A stretch of 63,709 nt of DNA, the filler included, from Bigelowiella natans CCMP2755 (lineage: Eukaryota; Protista; Cercozoa), in NCBI GenBank assembly GCA_000320545.1. It is 5 parts of 5 records of this genome, joined end to end, with 100 filler letters (N's around TTAATTAATTAA, not from the genome) between each part and the next. Parts side by side here need not be neighbours in the genome. Positions count along the whole stretch, not along the records: positions 27,505 to 30,874 come from ADNK01003220.1; positions 30,975 to 57,666 come from ADNK01002228.1; 3 more parts are not named here. One strand, written 5' to 3'. Made by a program: the position numbers and the translations under genes. Position 1 is the stretch's first letter. Every line of letters starts with the position of its first letter. Under the pieces are notes generated by a model. The model was not told the DNA's origin. It was given only the letters and a program-made list of their open reading frames with translations, and did no database searches. Below are positions 28,986 to 41,191 of the stretch, piece after piece.

Positions 28986-29596
28986 AGGGAACACTTCGGG
29001 CAGCGCCCTCATCGTATATTTTCACCTGAAAACTTTCCATAAGCTGCTCAGACAATCCCAGTGCTGTGATACCCCGTGTACGTCTAGCAGAGAGAGAGGG
29101 GGGAATACGAAAAATCGCATTTTTAATACAGAAATACAGGCATTTTACCTTGAACGACAACTGTATTTCCCTCAGTTTTATTATTTGGCGCAATTCGCCC
29201 GGAAAATAGGAAATACGAGGGTGCAAAAGTGGTCGGAATACCTTCTTTCTTATCGGGAGAATTGCCCAGTTCAACAACAAGAAAACGGCCTGCATTTTCA
29301 GTCTAAGATGAGCGTTGTTTAGATATTTCTGCCCTAATAATAGATCTAATGCCACTGATGATGATGAGCACTTGTCGGTTCACCGCACAGTGTCTTCCTT
29401 CTTCAAGCTCTGCTGCTATTCTTGTTTTGAGCGGATTTTAGATGTCGCGACTGTGAAAAATAGGCCATTTTCAAATATTCGATTGTATTTATCCGATCAG
29501 CATCGATAACTTGCAAAAAGATCAATTCCCTCCCTCCCCCCCTCTCCTCGTGCATTTCTTGATCAAGAAAGAGCAGAGGTACTCGGTGTGCTGTAG

Positions 29597-30301
29597 ATAT
29601 TTCTCCTAAGATGCAAGTTATGGAGGATTTCGTATCACTCGCGCAGCAACTGGCAGGGTTTCAGGTAAGATCGGAGTCATGTTGTGCTTCTTTATCTCCC
29701 CCCACATTTCTGTAACAATGCAGAACAAGATAACCAAGGAGGCAACAGATAGGCTCATAGTGGCAGCAGAATCGGGAGATCTTGAAGAGGTGAGCTTTCT
29801 GGAAAATTAAACGAAGTTCAGAAATGAGATACTGCAACATGTGTTGTCTACAGGTCAAATTGGCCATTCAAATGAAGGCAAATCCAAACGCCAGGGATGA
29901 AAGAAAGACATACTCGTGGGATCCATTACATGACCCTGTTTGTGGTGGAGAAGCGTGTGGAATGGTGAAGTGCTCAAGATGAAGATGAGGATGATGCCTT
30001 CTTGTTGTTCTTGATGATTTTGCGACGAGCGACATATTACGTGAATCAAGCAGTTTCTTTGAAGTAACAAATGCATGTATGATTGTTTTGCTTGCTAAAA
30101 TTTGTAAACTAATTTGATCCAAAGAGTGTATATCTGTACACATATTATATGATAACAGTGTACTACATATTGTGGGATAATATTTCGGAGCATTATGGCA
30201 ACCATGATAGAGAAGATGATGCGATTATAATAAATCGATCATTTTCTTTAAGCCTATTGCAAAGGTGGTAAATGTGGTAGTAATCCTTGTAAAGCAATAT
30301 A

Positions 30302-30384
<83 letters not shown>

Positions 30385-30770
30385 AATAGGAAAAATACAT
30401 CAATCATCATCATCACCACCATCCCAACACGGTCTCTACTGCACATATACAAATAACCTCCTCTTTAGGCTCCGAGAGTATCTCTCTCAATCCTTCCCAT
30501 CCTTCTCGCATCAACGCGCAAACGGCATCAACATTGCTGATGAAGACAGATCGGAAGAGGCTGTATTTCTACAAACTAGGATAGATTTCCCTCCAAGAGC
30601 ACAAATTAGGCCGCACCAACCAGTTTACGGCGTCGTTGACTGGCGACAACGGACTCCGCTCATGCTCGCTGTATCAGCGAGAAATAGAAGAAGAAGAAGC
30701 TCCTCTCAAGAAGTAGTGAGTTTTTTACTGGAGAACACAGACGCCGATGCAAGCCTCGTCGATCATAAAG
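29597..30770 (+). CDS. Ankyrin-repeat protein, partial (3' truncated by contig end)
   Basis: Exons 29597-29664, 29724-29789, 29854-~29940, 30159-30264 and 30469-30770 give LIVAAESGDLEE|VKLAIQMKANPNARD and RTPLMLAVS...EVVSFLLENTDADASLVDHKG, both matching the ankyrin consensus. Confidence 0.75.
30306..30380. repeat. (TA)n microsatellite, representative of many intronic SSRs ((CA)n, (GA)n, (TA)n, (CAT)n, (CAG)n, (GAA)n)
   Basis: Directly visible; SSRs occupy a large share of introns across the window. Confidence 0.95.
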
Positions 30771-30874
30771 GTGGTGGGGGTGCATATGCGCTCATTGTTT
30801 ATCCTTTTTCTCGAAGAGTGAAGAGAAGAAGAAGAAGAAGAAGAAGAAGAAGAAGAAGAAGAAGAAGAAGAAGC

Positions 30875-30974
30875 NNNNNNNNNNNNNNNNNNNNNNNNNN
30901 NNNNNNNNNNNNNNNNNNTTAATTAATTAANNNNNNNNNNNNNNNNNNNNNNNNNNNNNNNNNNNNNNNNNNNN
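30875..30974. other. Artificial contig linker
   Basis: N44-TTAATTAATTAA-N44. Confidence 0.98.
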
Positions 30975-31230
30975 GGAGATCTCCGAGAGTCTCTGAATCA
31001 ACTGAAAATGCCCCGGAAGCTCTCTGTGATCTGCCAAATGGCGAGCGTGCGCACGCACGCAAAGTTTTATTCATTTGGCGATTCGATCTTCCAAAAAGAG
31101 TGATATTCACGGTGAATCCCCCTTGTGTGGGATATCAGAGTTTGTGATGCTGATGGCACCTTATTTATATGGGTTGGCTTGGTAAATTCTAAGCGCCTAT
31201 GGATTTCTGCGTGTACTTATCTAACGTGTG

Positions 31231-31290
<60 letters not shown>

Positions 31291-32234
31291 TGTGTGTATC
31301 ATCAGATCCGTAGCTGACCTTCTGTGTATTGTCAATGCAATGCAAGGCAATGTAATCCACAAGCGAGAGCAAAAGTAAGTCACAAAGCAGCCGAATTCTT
31401 TCATCGACCACGACGCCTATATAACCCTAGCGCTGCTTGCCGCCAAAATCATCAAGAGATAGGAGACGTGAAACCATCTGTACATCCTGATATTGAAGGC
31501 TCTGATCTGAAAGACAAAGCGATATCGGCGCATGCGCAAACGTGTTGCTTGTTTGATTCTACTTGTTCCACAGCCCTCGTTTCACATCGGCCCTTCCCCC
31601 CTCCCCTTCCCACCCCTTTCAACGTCATTCTGTTGTAGATACCCTGTTCGCGAGTTCCTTAAATATCTCAATGAATACACGCCTGGAAACAGTGGAGAAG
31701 CAGGCGTCCGAAAGTTTGCGAATCGTCAGGTTACTTTGCAGATTTTATGTAGGATATTCGCCCGATGGATCTTGGTTAAGAGAGAAATTCTCTATCTTTC
31801 TCTCTCTCTCTCTCACTTTCGTACTCTCTCCACTAAATATCATGTGCAAATATTCCTATTTTACGATGCAGGTGAGCATTGTCTCAAACTCTGGAAAATA
31901 CATCAGTGCGGAGCGCAACGGCAAGGTTTGTGGCGCTGCATAAACGAGGCCTTCTGTTTGTCCCCGTACACACAACACATACGCTGGAGCGTCGCAAACA
32001 CAGGCACATTCGATTTTGCATTACATTGGTGTAATTCCACGTGTTTTCGCAGGTGGGCCTGTCGCAGACATCCAGCGAAAGCACCGTATTTGAAGTAGCT
32101 GTGATGGGAAAATATGTTGCTCTGAAGTCTCTCGCACGCAGCGGAGGTGGTTTACCGAAAATAACATCGTGAAAGGACTACGCCACAGATGCTAGTGTGT
32201 GTGCAGAATAGCCCCCCCATTCAATACACACGCA

Positions 32235-32271
<37 letters not shown>

Positions 32272-32527
32272 GCGCGCGCGCACAACACACACTGCGTATT
32301 GTACACAGTGTGCACTACGCACGGTCCACTCTGATGCATCTTGAATTCACACCGCAGGCGCTTCATGGCTGACATTTGACAAAGGCAACGACATAAAGCT
32401 TTCTGAATCCTGTGGAAAAGAACAAAAACTGGTGTTTAGACTGAAAATACAATGATAATCCCGCCTTCACCCCATGCAGAGATTGAATACGCGCGCGCGC
32501 GCGTGCGTGCGTGCGTGCGTGTGTGTA

Positions 32528-32577
<50 letters not shown>

Positions 32578-33027
32578 GGAGAGAGATCCATAGCATAGCA
32601 AATTGATTCTGGTTATAAAATGTAGGTGATTAGCCCGTATGCTGACGACGAAGATGAAGGGTCTTACTTCATTCTGAAGACGCTGAGAGGTGTAGAGTAG
32701 TTAATGCTAGCCCCCCACACACATACTCAAATACGCAGAAAGGATTTTAACATGCATATGATTATATGTTGATGTGTGCGCGCGTGCGCGCGTTTGTGAG
32801 TGATGTGCGTTGTGCGAATAACTAAAGATAATCACTGAGAAGCATTTCTCGTGATGACGACAGGCACGGCATTGTGGGCGTCCGATTCTGAATTGAAACA
32901 AATGGCTATGAATGGTGAGACGGAGCTAATACTTCGTGAGATATGACGATGGAAGTTTTCGCGCATAAACGTGTATTATGGCAACACGGAATACGGGGAG
33001 TATTTGTGTGTACATGGTTTTGTGTGT

Positions 33028-33069
<42 letters not shown>

Positions 33070-33356
33070 ACGATCGCTCGCGCGTGCTTGTTTACGAATT
33101 TGCTTGTATTTGCCCTTTTTCCTCACACACAAACGATATTGGTTGTTATTGGTTATTTTTGCTACATACTCCCAGGCTTGGATCTGAGCGGCCCCGTAGT
33201 ATTCAAAATCAGTATTAAAGAAGACGACATCCCCGACTGGGCAGATGACGAGTATGATCAATCAGAAAACCTGATAACATTATCCTAAGAAAACCAATTT
33301 TAATTACTATACAAAGCGATACGAAAACAGGACAACGACGCATATGAATACTACCA

Positions 33357-33404
<48 letters not shown>

Positions 33405-34089
33405 CTCGTCAGGAAATCCGGCGGGAATGAAATCAGTGCCGAGCAGCCTATCAAGCTTGACCCTGAGGACGCCAAGAAGCGATTTCTCAGTGGCGTGTTT
33501 GATTCAGGATCTAGCGATGCAGGTTTTTGTACTATCGTTACGAAGATGCGAGAGGCGGGAGAGTTTGCTATACCAATGCGTGCGTAGTGATTGCAGTATT
33601 GCTACTTTTGATGTGTGCTATTTGAAATATTGTGTTTGTTTTGTGTTGTTTTTGGTTTGCGGCGTGATTCTTGGATAAAACGGGTATAGCCGCTGAAGAC
33701 ATAAGCGAATCTGCTACGGTATTCAATCTTGTTTTTTGGCCAGTATATCTCTAAATATGTGCTAATGCGTGTAAAAAGGGAGGAGGGAGGGGGGAAAGAG
33801 GGGGAGAGAAAGAGAAAGAGAAAGAGAAAGAGAAACTGATATCTACTCGGCATCGTTTAAAGTAGCATCTATCTCTCTCCCTCTATTTCTCTCTCTTTCT
33901 CATTTTCTACCTCTTCATCTGCACAGGTTTCTGTTATCATGACGGCATTGGATAGGCTCTCGGCTACGGAAAGTAATCGCAGAAACCACAACAATCACTG
34001 CATATGCTTCCGACGAAATTATCATTTTCGACGAAATTATCATATGAATCTTTTTGTACTAGAATATATGCATATGTACAATATTTGCA

Positions 34090-34126
<37 letters not shown>

Positions 34127-34594
34127 GTGTGTGTGTGTGTACAATAAACTTTCCTCTCTCTTGTTTGAACCAAACAAACCTACAAGATTTTGTTTAATCT
34201 CATCCCATTTCATCACACCAAACGAATGGCGATTGTTGCATAGGCATCGTCGCAGGGGACGCAAGTTCTGCCAAAACGGGTAAGAAGCTCACATCCGTCT
34301 GAATCAACTGCATTGGATCATACCTTTTGATTCGTATCTTTGGAGATTGTTCTTACTTGCAAGAGAAACAACGAGAGCTGCTGACGAATTTGAATTATTC
34401 CTCCGGCCTTTGTCCGTATAATGTGATTTCCTGAATCCGAGTTTGGAGACACCAGATTTCCATTTTTTCTCTAGTGTAAATGTTAGCAGCGTGGGAGAAA
34501 CCGCTTAGCTAACCAACTTAGAAAAACCGCGTTATAGTTTTTGTCCAACCCTTACAATGCGTTCGGGATCGCAAATGAGCACGCATCACTTTGG

Positions 34595-34630
<36 letters not shown>

Positions 34631-34767
34631 ACAGGCCTTGCAGTCGTGTCAAAGCCATTCTGCATCAAAGTCACGGCTCGCACGTTTCAGACCATCCATA
34701 AAATCCTTCAAAAGGTTGCTTAATGAAGTGGTTATATATATGCAGCAGAATTTGCTTGCACATGTGT

Positions 34768-34803
<36 letters not shown>

Positions 34804-35363
34804 TATATGTGTGTTTACGTGCGTGTGTTTATTTCGAAATACCCCCATTGCAGTCGGTACTGGTTTGCCGTTTTTCTCAGTTTGACCCTTATTTCGCCCG
34901 TGTTGTTTGTGTTGTTGATTGGATCGTTCTCTGCCAAAGATAACCCCTGCCTACTTCGAGCCTTCCGCTTGCGAGGACGACGTCTATTTGGAGCGCATGT
35001 ACATGATCATCGCGACGCTTCGGACACTGAAAGCGCATCTGTTCCAGCTGGTTCGGTGAGTTATTGGCGTTGCGCCACAATCCAATGCAGTGAGTCAGAG
35101 GGAGCGTGGCCAATGAGACTTATATACATCTGTGTGAGTGTGCATTTGTATATAATAATAATATCTAAAATGAATTAATTAACGTAATTATGTTTGGATT
35201 GGTTGTGCAGTTCTCAGTTGTCATTAAAGTACTTCGATATCGTCCCCGAGACCGCCGAGAAGATAAAGTTTTTCATTTTCCGCTTTGTGAAGGAGAAGGC
35301 CGCGGGACGCGGGGAGGCAATGGCCTGTAAGTCTTACGCAAGCTCGTAGCGTGTTTGCTTGTG

Positions 35364-35400
<37 letters not shown>

Positions 35401-38400
35401 ATGGAGTTCTTTTTGCACCCGCGTTTTTTGCATTGTCTTTGATGAATCATTCAGTTTCTACAAGTGGGATGAGAATAGTCCATTTATGTGCACGATGTTC
35501 CTAGAACTCTTCCTTTTATAAAACCACTAATACGAAATTGCCCGCGGAATCCATCGAAGCAGAGATCGCCGATGAGCTGAATATATTCCTTGTAATCTTT
35601 ATTTGCCCCGATCATCAGCTAAAGTCGCTACCGTCACTTCCATCGTTCAGTCTGAAGCCGCACAAGTTTTTGCCGAGGGGTGTGATGAGATGATGAGCTA
35701 CATGTCGATCTAGTAGAAAATGGAAATGGTTAGAAGGCCAATGTTGGATGATGAAGATTATGGAAGCTCAAACCAACAACCAAACGCAGAGCAATTTGCA
35801 CATACAAATATCTTATACTTGGCTATTTCATTCAGATTTGAATTCTTCTTCCGCACGGTCTCAGACCAGGTTGATCTCCGCGGCTGAAATCGGCTTTTAA
35901 AGCCTTAATTTCTCCTTTTTTACATGCCATGCCTAGTCCTCCCCTCCCCCCTCCCACCAAAATTCCTTAACTTGACGCACAAAATATTGAATGCAGAAAG
36001 TGCATTAAACTACCTATCTGCAAAAATGACGATATGCATCTCCTCCGTAGGTTTCGTACCTTGCAGGCCTTCTACGGAAGAGAATAGATTCGAGGGAGCT
36101 TTCAAAGGTACCTTCTTCGAGGGAGGATTGACACATCCTTGTGACGTTGGATAGCCAATGATTCCCCGGGATGTGCTATTTCCTCCAAATGCAGCTGTTG
36201 AAGACGTGCTTGATGTTTCGAGGATTTCGTTCATAACACGCACACGATCACACATTCACACATTCAAACGAATATGTATAAATGGAAATGTTTATGTGTG
36301 TGCGTGTGCGTGTGTGTGAGTGTGAGTGTGAGTGTACTAAAAAAACATGCCTACGTGCCAGGCCGAGCTTCGGCTTTTCGATCTCCTATTAAAACGCTTC
36401 GCTCGCTTCGAATCCGGAGCCCTGTTGATGGATGAGCTCGAGGGAAAGACAGGAGGAGGAGGAGGAGGAGGAGGAGGAGGAGGAGGAGGAGGAGGGGGAG
36501 GGGCAAAGTCCAACATCGGCAAAGCAGCCGCTGCTTCCGACAACAACAACTTGCTTCAGACTCTCGGCTTGCTTCTCAAAGTGGGCGCGTCGGAGTCCAT
36601 CGCATTGCTGGACGGAAAAAGCGCTGCTGCGCAGGGAGGGGAGAAAGCTGTGGGGGAAAGCAGCCCTGTGGTGCTAATCCTCTCGAATTTGCAGCGCCAT
36701 CTGCTTTCGCGCGCCGCCCAGTGGAAGAAGCTCAGTAAGGAAGAGGAGCTGAAGCAGAAGAAAATGGCCAAGGTGGGTTTATGTCTTGGAACAGCACATA
36801 TTAGATGATGCTATTGGTATAGGGAGTACCTCGCTGTTGTGTTATTTGTATGTATTGCTCTCGCAATTATTATTTATTCCTGATACGGTCTTTGTTTCGA
36901 TTCGATGTCTGCTTACAATGAGCCAAATGCGTCCTCACTCACTGTACGTAAACCATGCCTCCCCCCACAATCCCCCTTCCTCTTGACGAACGTCCTTACG
37001 TTTTCGATTCACCTTCGTCTTAATGATAAAGGCGAAGCAGCAGGCGCGCTCCGAGCCGTGGAAGATGGCTTACGACGCGTTGACCGGCTACTCCGTGCAG
37101 CTCTTGGCGCTCTGCATCAGCGTTCTGGAGAGGGCGATGGAAGCCCTTCAAAAGTCGCAGACCCGCATCGAGACGATGCGGGAGCTCTCGGACAACGTCC
37201 TCCGGCATTCGATCATCGGAAAACTGGCGCGCCCGTTGGTGGCAGCGCTGAGCATGTACGCGAATGAGAACCGGATGGAGCTCTCGACCACCCTGCTCCC
37301 CCCCCTCTCCCGCTTCGTGGCGCTGCTGGATAACTATCTCACGGTACGGGGGCATGGCCGTTGTTCACCACACACACGCATGCGCGCGCAGACACGCTCG
37401 CACATGCACACACGAGTGTATAAGAAGCAATAAAACATCGCTTGTAAGCACGGTGCTTGGCGAAGGGGTTCTTGATATATGAGCTTTTATTTTGTCTCGC
37501 CCCCCCCCCTTTTCCCCGTCCTCCCCTTTGCTCTCAGCTTATGGACTCAATCCCTGGAGCCCTGAACCGAGCGCCAACGATAAAGGAGAAGATATACGAA
37601 TCGAAGCATCCGTAATTAGAAACTTTTGAAAACCATATTTACTGCGGGGTACAGGGAAGAGGAAGGGAGGGCAATGGGGAAGGAGGGATACGGATGTTTG
37701 TAAATGTGCCGTTTAATATACTGGAAGTTCCCACTTTAGGATCTATAAATATCTCCACAAGCAACACTGGCATTAACATTTGTCCTCAACCCCCTTCCTC
37801 TTATACAAGTCCCCCACCTGTGCCTGTTCTAAATATTTTTATTTCTATTTCTTTTAAATCCAAATGGCAAAGGTACGTGAAGAACCGCTCTTATTTGGAG
37901 AGGATTACCATCCACAATGCGAATTCTCTCACCATCCATTTCGATAAGAAGTGCGAGACCGAGTCTTCCGACGATTACTTGCAGTTTTTCTCGAAAATGG
38001 ACGAAAAGCTGCCGAAATCCGGCAAGTTCTCCGGCCCCCCCGTTGTCGAGAAGGAGGCCAGTGGCAAAGGCAGCAAGGACGGAAAGAGCTCCGAGGACAA
38101 CGGAAAGTAGTACGATTAGTGCGAACGCGTAGGAATTCTCTCGGTTGAGTTGTTGTGACGTATGCAGCGCGCTGATGGTCTTGAGCGCGACAATTAACAT
38201 TGATTACCAATGAGTAATATATATGATTTTCAGTATGGCTTCTTCCGACAATAAAGATGCAAAAAACGCCTCTTCCGCCACGACAACGCAGGCTGGCAAT
38301 GCCGCAGCCCCCTCTGGCGACTCTTCCTCAACCACTTCTAGCTCTGCTGCAAGTGGAGGCGGAGGAGGGGAAGGAGGATCATGGCCAGGAACGATAAAGA

Positions 38401-39063
38401 TCAACCAGAAGCAGTGCTTCATGCGTTGGAAGGCATCATCTGGAAACCAGGCCTGGGGCTTTAGAATAATCGTGAGAGGCACGGTATGCTTATATGTCGC
38501 AGTATTTCGAAGTTCCATTTCTTGTTACAATACAACTGTTCGGAATTGTCAATGCCTATTACTATCTATTTTTTATATTACTGTCCAATCGTCTAGCTTC
38601 TCCCCCTTACCCCGTCCCCCCCCCCCGTTTTTCGCATTTCGTGACAACAGTGCGAGTAATGCGTTAAAAGGGATTATACTCGTTGGTTGTAATTCACAAA
38701 CACATCGCTACAAACTACACCTCACACCGCCCCCAAAACTAATAGTATTTTGGAACAAGAAGACACATCCATCCAAGGGTCCAAAAGCATGAATGTCCTG
38801 AATGTGCGCAGTCAAACAACAACAACAAATACAAAGCTGGTGTTTTGCACGTGCTCGATACTAGGTGATGGAGAGGCCTGGCGAGTGGATTCGGCATCTC
38901 GGGAAAAACGTTGCGTGGTTGTGCGGAAACTTCGCCGCGGTTTTGGTCCAAGAACGGGCGTTGGAGCAATCGGAGGAGCGATGCCAGGCGTGGTTAGGCC
39001 TTGAGTTGTTCGCTGCCGGTCAGTTTCGAGATATAGATATTTGAGTATATGTGTTTATATGGG

Positions 39064-39109
<46 letters not shown>

Positions 39110-39129
39110 CTGTTTTATTGTGTGTGTAT

Positions 39130-39166
<37 letters not shown>

Positions 39167-40095
39167 TGTTTGTGATTGATAGGTTTCGAGGACAACCTTG
39201 CTATGCTGTTACCTGCCGACGAGCTCCTTGATGAGAAGAAAGAAGAGAAGGAGGCGAAGGGAGGGTCTTCTTCCGACCCCCTCCCTCTGCTTTCCTCCAC
39301 GTCCTCTTCAGTCGACGTCACTTCCAAATCCAGCTTGGCGCTGAGCTTGCAGCACCTGGACAGTATGCGGCAAAGTGACCCGAAAGAACTGCTTCGATTC
39401 TATAGCAGCAGTGGAGAATCAAAGGACGGCGACGATGGCGGGGGGGATGAGAAGGGGGAGAAGAAGGGATTGGAACTTGGCCAGGAATGCTTGGAAATCC
39501 TCCCCCCAGGAAAAGAAGGAGAATTCTTATTGGCAGTGCTTCTCGGAGAGGGCAAAGGTTGCAGTCAGCTTGTAAATGGAGCGTGCGACACCTGCATAGA
39601 GGCCATGACACCTAGCATCGATTTTATTTTCAACTAGATAGTTTATCAAAGTGTGTATGGAAGTGCCGCATGCTCAGTACTATGCAAGTATCTTTTCTCG
39701 TCTCCATCGCTTTGCGTCTCTCTCATCTCCTCTGCCTGCAATAGGTGCCGAGGTTGTTGCTAAGCTGCGATCAGCCTTGAAGCTACGAGAGTGCGTGATG
39801 AAATCGGTACGATTTAGAATCATCGCAAAGAGGGCCATCTATGTATACCTTTGCAGCGATTCTAGCGTTTTTTTTGGTTGTATATTGGGGAAATTGTTTA
39901 AACAATTGTATTGGGTGTCGTAGGTACGACCAACCGCAGCAAAGCTTGTGAGGTACTTGTTCGTCGTAATGCTCAAGCACACGAGAAAAGCACAGATGGC
40001 GATGAGCTTCGCCGAGGAGGAGGACACAGATGGTGCGTATCGACGCGTGAAACGCTGTCAAGTTAAAAAAAAATATTCGACACGCACACATAAGT

Positions 40096-40137
<42 letters not shown>

Positions 40138-41154
40138 AGGGGGGGGGGGGGGGGGGGTTTATAAGCACGCATCTAAATCTCGGTGTATCAACGTCCGTTT
40201 GTTCTCACTTATTATAACCTGTTCTTATCGAATAATGTGCTGACCACCACCACCACCATCACAACTACTTCCTATAGCCGAGCCCAATCCAGAGCTACGG
40301 AAAGTTTTCAAAGCCGCGGCGCGCATGCAGTACGAGTCGCAGCAAGCTAAGGTGTGTCTTCCACTCTGAGCTCTTCTTTCTAAATCACCGCGTTTGCTCC
40401 AAAGCGTCATTCAGCATTGCAATACAGTAATTCCTGAGAAAGGGGTATGGCGTATTCTGCATGATAAAAATGGCAGGCCAAGGGCGGGGCGGAGGGCCTG
40501 AAGCGTTTCGAGCGAGAGATCGTCCGGAAGGTAAAGTTTCTTCTTGGAATCCAGGCAAACGTCGATGCCCTTGTAGCACCTGAGGAATCGCCTGCGGCCG
40601 ATGGTAGTACTATTTTCGATAGAAAAACTCGGCAGTTTTTTTTTGAAGACGCACTACGAAGAATCCAAAGAGAAAACACGAAAGCTCTCAAGGTTGGGAT
40701 TACAGTCTGATCGGTTTTCTTTGGTTTTGCCTTGCTGTAGATGGGCCGCTTCCGCCGCGCATTCCGACCCTATCTCGACAGCCCTCCGCCTGGACAAAAG
40801 CCAAGCAGCTCACTTCGAAGCTCAAGCACACGATGCGGGCGCTTTACAAAATGGTAGCATCGATGTAAGTAGTAACAGTCGGCGTCTTTTTTTGGCGTTG
40901 ACTCAATGGTTGGTTTATTGTTATTGGTATTGTTGCTGTTGCTATTTTGCTGTAGGTGTCGCTGCGGACCCATTCTCAAGTGGCTGAAACGGGTGTTGAG
41001 GAGAAAATTCTGAACGCTATTATACGCGTGGTGCAGGTAGGTGGTGTGCGGTCGTTCTTCTTGTCCTAGTCGTGGTTCCATGGATTTGCATTCTTAAGTA
41101 TGGCCGGTTTCGTGCGTCACATATACCATACAACTTGATTTGTGATTATTTCAC

Positions 41155-41191
<37 letters not shown>

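Noticed and set aside
29597-31100. Ankyrin exons as the N-terminus of the giant HECT ligase (HECTD1-like fusion)
   Set aside because: Same strand, but separated by an artificial linker, so order and adjacency are unknown; no evidence of continuity.
34010-34043. 18-nt tandem duplication (CGACGAAATTATCAT x2) in a ligase intron
   Set aside because: Two copies only; ordinary slippage duplication.
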